DNA from: Candidatus Limnocylindrales bacterium
GTDB lineage: Bacteria; Chloroflexota; Limnocylindria; Limnocylindrales; CSP1-4
Reading direction: 5' to 3'
Assembly: GCA_036002525.1 (NCBI GenBank)
Contig: DASYTG010000039.1
Location: 81,298-145,297 of the forward strand
Length of the DNA stretch: 64,000 nucleotides
The stretch's first letter is position 1; the number at the start of each line of letters is the position of its first letter. The notes beneath the pieces were generated by a model. It worked only from the letters and a program-made list of their open reading frames with translations. It made no database searches and was not told the DNA's origin. Positions 58,932 through 64,000 of this stretch are shown one piece after another. Both the position numbers and the translations under genes were made by a program.

Positions 58932-59798
58932 ATGGCCCGCTTCCGTCTCGAGCTCGGCCCGATCCCCCTCCATCATCAGGTCTACCTCGACCTGACGTCG
59001 GCGCTCGACGCGGGCGAGTGGCGCCCGGGTGACCGGCTCCCGCCGGAGCGGGAGCTCGCGCTCCGCTACGGCTGCAGCCTGATCACCGTCCGTCGCGCGC
59101 TCACCGAGCTCGCCCGCGAGAAGCGGATCGAGCGGACGCCCGGGCGCGGGACCTACGTGCTCGCGCCGCGGATCGACCGCGACCTCGCAGACACGATGAG
59201 CTTCACCCAGGAAATGCAGCAGCGGGGCTTCGACCCGGAAACCCGGCTCGTCGCCGCCCGCCCGGAATCCGCGGGCGAGTCGGTGGCGAACGCGCTCGGG
59301 CTCGAGCTCGGGTCGCCGACGCTCTACCTCGAGCGGCTGCGCCTCGCCGACGGCGAGCCACTGCTCCTCGAGCAGGTCCACCTCCCGGCCGAGCGCTTTC
59401 CCGGCCTGCTCGCCTCGGACCTCGAGCACAACTCGCTCTACGACCTCCTGACCGAACGTTACGACACCCACGTCGCCCGAGCGCGCGAGTCCCTCGAGCC
59501 CGTCCTCCTCCGGGCTCGCGAGGCTCGCCTGCTCGGGCGGCCGGCTCGCAGCCTCGCGCTGCTCGTCGAGGGCACCGCGTTCACCGCCGACGGACTGCCG
59601 GTCGAGTTCGGCCGGACATACGTTCGAGGCGATCGCACCCGCTACTACGTCGAGCGCGTCGTCGTCCGCTCGGGATCGGATGGTCGGCGGCGCGAGGAGG
59701 AACTGGTGGCGGGCTGGCGTCACGACCGTCGGTCCGGCGCCTGGCCGGCCGACGGGGAGAGAAGGAGGCTCACATCGCGAGGAGGAGGACCGCGTTGA
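58932..59798 (+). CDS. GntR/HutC-family transcriptional regulator with UTRA domain
   Basis: LPPERELALRYGCSLITVRRALTELAREKRIERTPGRGTYV (GntR wHTH), then a UTRA-like effector domain. Has a ~40-aa Arg-rich C-terminal tail. Confidence 0.85.
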   Translation: MARFRLELGPIPLHHQVYLDLTSALDAGEWRPGDRLPPERELALRYGCSLITVRRALTELAREKRIERTPGRGTYVLAPRIDRDLADTMSFTQEMQQRGFDPETRLVAARPESAGESVANALGLELGSPTLYLERLRLADGEPLLLEQVHLPAERFPGLLASDLEHNSLYDLLTERYDTHVARARESLEPVLLRAREARLLGRPARSLALLVEGTAFTADGLPVEFGRTYVRGDRTRYYVERVVVRSGSDGRRREEELVAGWRHDRRSGAWPADGERRRLTSRGGGPR

Positions 59799-59826
59799 CT
59801 CGAACACACGGAGCAGGAGGAGTCCC

Positions 59827-61257
59827 ATGCGCACGAGAATGACCACCCGGGTCGCCTGGCTGGCGATCGTCGCCCTCATTGCAGGAGCCTGCGGCACGTC
59901 CGCGAGCCCGTCGGTCTCGCCGGGAGGAAGCGCTGCCAGCCAGCCGCCGGTGTCGGCCGCGCCCGGCCCGAAGGCCCTGCTCCGCTGGTATTGCTGCCTG
60001 GGGACCGGCGAGGACCCGACCCAGGTGCCGACCGAGGAGAAGGTCGCCGCCGACTGGAGCGCGTCTCAGGACCTGGGCGACCTGAAGATCGAGATCGTGA
60101 CGTACGACGCCGCGCGGGCAACGCTGTCGACCCAGATCGCGTCCGGCAACAGTCCCGACATCGTCGGGCCCGTGGGACTCGGCGGGCTGGCCTCGTTCGA
60201 AGGCCAGTGGCTCGACCTCACGCCGTACATCGCCAAGACCGGCTTCGATCTCGGCCAGTTCCCGGACGAGGCGGTCCAGACCTTCAACGTCGGAGCACAG
60301 GGCCAGGTCGGGATCCCGTTCGCGATCTACCCGTCGATGGTCTGGTACAAGCGGGACATGTTCGACGAGGCGGGCCTTGAGTATCCGCCCCACGAGTACG
60401 GCGCGACATACAAGTGGCCCGACGGGCGCGAGGTCGAGTGGAACTACGACACGGTCAAGGAGCTCGCCCTCAAGCTCACCGTCGACGAGAGCGGCAAGGA
60501 CGCGACCGAGGCGGGCTTCGACCCGGAGAGCATCGTCCAATACGGCTTCGAGCCGCAGCGCGACGACCTCCGCGGCCTGGGCGCCTACTGGGGCCCCGGC
60601 AGCCTCGCCGCAGCCGACGGGACGACCGTCGAGATCCCGGCGGCCTGGCAGGACGCCTGGAAGTACTTCTACGACGGGATGTGGAAAGACCACTTCATCA
60701 TGACCGGCCCGGTCGCCGAGAGCGAGGACTTCAGCGGCGGTGGGTACACGTTCTTCTCCGGCCGCGTCGCGATGAGCCTCAACTTCCTGTGGACGACATA
60801 CGGCGTCGCCGACGCCGGCACCGACTGGGACCTCGCCGCGATCCCATCGCACAACGGCAAGGTCACGTCGCCGCTCAACACCGACACGTTTGGGATCCAC
60901 AAGGACACGAAGAGTCCGGACGCGGCGTTCGACGCGTTGACCTACCTCCACGAAGAGGCATCGGACACCCTCCTCCAGCTGTATGGCGCCATGCCCGCCC
61001 GACCGGAGAGGCAGGACGCGTTCTTCGAGACCCTCGCCCAGACCGAGGGCTTCCCGGACGAGGTCGACTGGCAGGTCGTCAAGGACAGCGCACAGTACGC
61101 CGACAAGCCCAACTTCGAGGCACCGGTCCCGAAGTACAACGAGACCATCAACACCCTCGTCAAGTACCGGACCAAGTGGGTCGCGACCCCCGGTCTGAAC
61201 ATGGACACGGAGATCGAGGCGCTCCGCGCCGAGCTCCAGGCCATCTGGGACAGCTAG
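59827..61257 (+). CDS. ABC transporter substrate-binding lipoprotein (CUT1 sugar family)
   Basis: GGAGCAGGAGGAG before ATG 59827. MRTRMTTRVAWLAIVALIAGACG (lipobox). Periplasmic-binding-protein-like body. Confidence 0.85.
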   Translation: MRTRMTTRVAWLAIVALIAGACGTSASPSVSPGGSAASQPPVSAAPGPKALLRWYCCLGTGEDPTQVPTEEKVAADWSASQDLGDLKIEIVTYDAARATLSTQIASGNSPDIVGPVGLGGLASFEGQWLDLTPYIAKTGFDLGQFPDEAVQTFNVGAQGQVGIPFAIYPSMVWYKRDMFDEAGLEYPPHEYGATYKWPDGREVEWNYDTVKELALKLTVDESGKDATEAGFDPESIVQYGFEPQRDDLRGLGAYWGPGSLAAADGTTVEIPAAWQDAWKYFYDGMWKDHFIMTGPVAESEDFSGGGYTFFSGRVAMSLNFLWTTYGVADAGTDWDLAAIPSHNGKVTSPLNTDTFGIHKDTKSPDAAFDALTYLHEEASDTLLQLYGAMPARPERQDAFFETLAQTEGFPDEVDWQVVKDSAQYADKPNFEAPVPKYNETINTLVKYRTKWVATPGLNMDTEIEALRAELQAIWDS

Positions 61258-61332
61258 GCTTCGACCTTGACCCAGCCCGTTCCGGTCATCGACACCGGCC
61301 CGATCTCGCGCCTCCGGCGCGGTCGGTTCCGG

Positions 61333-62241
61333 ATGACGCCCCTGACGCCCCTGGCGCGCCGCGAGGCGCGCTGGGGGCTTCTCTTCCTCTCCCCGTGGAT
61401 CCTCGGCTTCCTCGCGTTCACGCTCCTCCCGCTGATCGCCACGTTCGGGTTCACGTTCGTCAACCTCACCCTGAACCAGAAGGAGCCGCTGGCGTTCGTC
61501 GGCCTGGCGAACTACCAGCGGATGTTCGCGGATCAGCAGGTCTGGGAGTCGCTCGGCGTGACGCTCCGCTTCGCGGCGCTGGTGCTGCCGATCTCGCTCA
61601 TCGTCCCCTTCGCGGTTGCGCTGGCGATCAACAGCCGGCACCTCCGCGGCAGCCGGTTCTTCCGGGTGCTGTTCTTCCTGCCGTACGTCGTTCCGTTCGT
61701 CGCCGGGCTGCTCATCTGGCAGCAGGTCCTCGGGGTTGGCGGCTGGATCAATGAGGGACTGAGGTTCCTCGGCGTCGCGGACCCGCCGGAGTGGATCCAT
61801 GACCCGGCCTGGATCCACCCGGCGCTCGTGATCGTCGGGATCTGGGGAATCGGGGCCGGGATCATCATCAACCTGGCCGGCCTGCGCGGCATCCCGACGG
61901 AGCTCTACGACGCCGCCCGGATCGACGGCGCCGATGCGCTGGGGACGCTCCGCCACATCACGATCCCGATGATGTCGCCGATCATCTTCTACTCGCTCGT
62001 CCTCGGGGTCGTCGAGGTCTTCCAGTACTTCCTCGCGCCGCTCGTCCTCCTCAACGGGACCGGCGAGCCGAACGGCCAGACCCTGTTCTTCAACCTCCAC
62101 CTCTACAACACGTTCTTCCTGTTCCAGGAGATGTCGTACGGGGCGACGCTGGCGTGGCTGCTGTTCGGGGTGATCCTCGTCGTGACTCTCGTCCTGTTCC
62201 GGACGTCGCGGCGGTGGGTCTACTACGCCGGGGAGCGGTAG
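61333..62241 (+). CDS. ABC sugar transporter permease (MalF/CUT1 type)
   Basis: RREARWGLLFLSPWILGFLAFTLLP, EAA-loop region AARIDGADALGTLRHITIPMM. Start is ATG 61333 or TTG 61267. Confidence 0.85.
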   Translation: MTPLTPLARREARWGLLFLSPWILGFLAFTLLPLIATFGFTFVNLTLNQKEPLAFVGLANYQRMFADQQVWESLGVTLRFAALVLPISLIVPFAVALAINSRHLRGSRFFRVLFFLPYVVPFVAGLLIWQQVLGVGGWINEGLRFLGVADPPEWIHDPAWIHPALVIVGIWGIGAGIIINLAGLRGIPTELYDAARIDGADALGTLRHITIPMMSPIIFYSLVLGVVEVFQYFLAPLVLLNGTGEPNGQTLFFNLHLYNTFFLFQEMSYGATLAWLLFGVILVVTLVLFRTSRRWVYYAGER

Positions 62242-63327
62242 GTGCGCGTCGCAGGCGGGCTGCGGACAGACGGCGCGGCACTGGAGCTGCCACGGCGCCG
62301 CATCCGGCCCGCCGAGGCCGGGAAGTCGTTCGCGCTGACGTTCCTCATGGTCGCGATCCTCGCCGGGTTCCTGTCGCCGCTCGCCCAGTCGTTCCTGACC
62401 TCGCTCAAGACTCCCGAGCAGATCACCCAGCTCAAGGGACCCGTATACCCGGCGGACCCCCAGAAGTTCGAGTTCGAGGGCAAGACATACGACGTCTACC
62501 AGGTCCCGATCGACGGGACGATCCGGGAGCTGGCGCTGATCAGGAAGGGGCGCCAGGAGAGCGACTTCCTCGATCCGGCGAACCCGACAGCCGGACCGAT
62601 CACGTGGCAAGGCTCGTGGCGGTCGCTCGACCCGGCGTGGCGGTTCACACCGCATTTCGAGAACTACACCCAGGTCTGGGATCTCATCAAGTTCCCGAGG
62701 CTGCTGTTCAACACGCTGGCGATCGCGATCATCGGCACGATCGGGACGCTGGTGTCATGCACCCTGGTCGCGTACGGCTTCGCCCGGTTCCGTTTCCCGG
62801 GTCGTGGCGCCATGTTCACGCTGCTCATCGCCACGGTGTTCCTGCCCGGCGCGGTGACCCTCATCCCGACCTACACGATCATGGTCAAGCTGGGCTGGGT
62901 CGGGACATGGCTGCCGCTGCTCGTTCCGACCTTCCTCGCGAACGCGTACGACGTGTTCCTCCTCCGCCAGTACCTGCTTACGATCCCCCGCGAGATGGAC
63001 GAGGCGGCGGCGATCGACGGGGCCGGGCCGCTGCGGATCCTCCGGTCGGTCATCCTGCCGCAGGCGTGGCCGGCGATCGCAGCCGTCGGGATCTTCCACT
63101 TCGTCTACTCGTGGAACGACTTCTTCGGCCCGCTGATCTACCTGTCGGGGGCGCAGGAGCTCCAGCCGCTCCAGGTTGGGCTCGCCCGGTTCAATGGCGT
63201 CTACTATCAGAACCCGGCGTTCATCCAGGCGGGCAACATGATGACGCTCATCATCCCGGTCCTCCTGTTCGTCGTCTTCCAGCGCGCGTTCGTCCGGGGC
63301 ATCGTCATCACCGGAGTCGACAAATAG
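62242..63327 (+). CDS. ABC sugar transporter permease (MalG/CUT1 type) with enlarged first periplasmic loop
   Basis: EAAAIDGAGPLRILRSVILPQAWPA (EAA motif). About 100-aa loop after TM1. GTG 62242 directly follows the upstream stop. Confidence 0.85.
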   Translation: MRVAGGLRTDGAALELPRRRIRPAEAGKSFALTFLMVAILAGFLSPLAQSFLTSLKTPEQITQLKGPVYPADPQKFEFEGKTYDVYQVPIDGTIRELALIRKGRQESDFLDPANPTAGPITWQGSWRSLDPAWRFTPHFENYTQVWDLIKFPRLLFNTLAIAIIGTIGTLVSCTLVAYGFARFRFPGRGAMFTLLIATVFLPGAVTLIPTYTIMVKLGWVGTWLPLLVPTFLANAYDVFLLRQYLLTIPREMDEAAAIDGAGPLRILRSVILPQAWPAIAAVGIFHFVYSWNDFFGPLIYLSGAQELQPLQVGLARFNGVYYQNPAFIQAGNMMTLIIPVLLFVVFQRAFVRGIVITGVDK

Positions 63328-63332
63328 GCCGC

Positions 63333-63944
63333 CTGCGCGTCGCCCTGACCTTCGACGCCGAACATCCCGACCGGCCGACCGAGCCGGGGCTCGAGGAGCG
63401 GCTGCTCGACGAGCTCGAGCGGCGTGACGTCCGGGCGACCTTCTTCCTCCAGGGCCGCTGGATCGAGGCGTACCCGGACACGGCCCGGCGGGTCGCCGGG
63501 GGCGGCCACCTCGTCGGCAGCCACTCCTTCTACCACGCCCGGATGCCGCTGCTGTCCGCGAAGGGCTTCGAGATCGACGTGGGGGACGCCGAACGGGCGA
63601 TCTGCAACACGCTCGGCATCGACCCGAAGCCGTGGTTCCGGCTGCCGTTCGGGACCGGGTTCGATCAACCGGCCATCCGTCGCCGGCTCGACGCGCTCGG
63701 GTACAGGCACGTCCATTGGCACGTCACCGCCGACGAGTGGAAGCCGACCGCGACGGCCCGCCAGGTCGAAGACGACATCGTCGCGGGCGTGATCGCGCGC
63801 GGCGACGGGGCGGTCGTGCTGCTCCACACGTGGCCGCGGATGGCGGTCGGGGCGCTGGGCGGCCTCGTCGAGCGGCTGCGGCAGTCGGGCGCGGAGCTGG
63901 TCCGGCTCGACGAGCTCGAGACGTGGCCGTCGGGCGAGGAGTGA
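63333..63944 (+). CDS. CE4 polysaccharide/oligosaccharide deacetylase (NodB homology domain); start codon unresolved
   Basis: RVALTFDAEH, LVGSHSFYH, WFRLPFG, VVLLH are NodB motifs 1, 2, 3 and 5. No ATG/GTG/TTG lies in frame near the N-terminus. The coordinate uses CTG 63333; ATA 63324 overlaps the permease TAG. Confidence 0.65.
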   Translation: MRVALTFDAEHPDRPTEPGLEERLLDELERRDVRATFFLQGRWIEAYPDTARRVAGGGHLVGSHSFYHARMPLLSAKGFEIDVGDAERAICNTLGIDPKPWFRLPFGTGFDQPAIRRRLDALGYRHVHWHVTADEWKPTATARQVEDDIVAGVIARGDGAVVLLHTWPRMAVGALGGLVERLRQSGAELVRLDELETWPSGEE

Positions 63945-64000
63945 GCGGCCGAGACGCCGGGCCGGCGGCAGTCCTCGCGGTCGATGGCGGCAACTCGAAG
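63941..64000 (+). CDS. BadF/BadG/BcrA/BcrD-type ATPase (N-acetylglucosamine-kinase-like), N-terminal fragment
   Basis: GTG 63941 overlaps the CE4 stop (GTGA). VSGRDAGPAAVLAVDGGNSK matches the (L/V)xxDGGxSK(T) phosphate-1 motif. Truncated by the window end. Confidence 0.45.
   Translation, partial: MSGRDAGPAAVLAVDGGNSK

Noticed and set aside
59770-62655. 961-aa reverse-strand ORF (similar cases: 54862-56844, 53248-54720, 33731-35887, 4074-5837)
   Set aside because: All of these are antisense to strongly supported genes (ABC components, metH, fdhA, pgi). They are GC-driven artefacts.

Overview
This is a very GC-rich, densely coding bacterial chromosomal segment. Codon third positions are almost all G/C. 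Protein motifs look actinobacterial or Chloroflexi-like, but the taxon cannot be fixed without a search. About 65 genes are supportable, and many are joined by 1-8 nt start/stop overlaps (ATGA/GTGA), which implies long translationally coupled operons.

Layout:
- (i) 1-11.2 kb: a pentose-phosphate cluster, tkt-rpiB-[frameshifted HTH/nuclease insert]-pgi-gnd-zwf-[repeat-bearing ORF]-opcA-pgl. Unusual tandem repeats lie on both sides of zwf.
- (ii) 11-26 kb: mixed housekeeping genes (hydrolase, GlsB-like, citrate synthase, GT87-like membrane protein, Rieske/DUF2231 fusion, P-loop kinase). This stretch also holds a reverse-strand operon: yhaO/sbcD-like phosphoesterase, yhaN/sbcC-like ATPase, EamA transporter, YciI.
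- (iii) 26.5-35.7 kb: a complete selenocysteine system (selC-selA-selB-mobA, selD). It sits next to a formate dehydrogenase catalytic gene that carries an in-frame UGA with an fdhF-like SECIS hairpin.
- (iv) 36-41 kb: a gene-poor structured region and an HD-GYP/MFS/membrane-protein operon.
- (v) 41-45 kb: a NuoE-NuoF-like fusion, the Fe-S N-terminal module of the same formate dehydrogenase alpha subunit, and fdhD. The alpha subunit is therefore split, and its two halves are encoded in permuted order.
- (vi) 45-64 kb: lysA-like decarboxylase, a TetR/DUF4260/DUF2277 operon divergent from tryptophanase, ZIP transporter, cupin, AlkA-like glycosylase, metH, and a GntR-controlled ABC/CE4/kinase sugar locus divergent from a GH4 ChbF-like glycosidase.

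All family assignments come from motif recognition by eye. No database search or folding program was run. The long ORFs antisense to recognised genes in the ORF track are treated as GC-driven artefacts.
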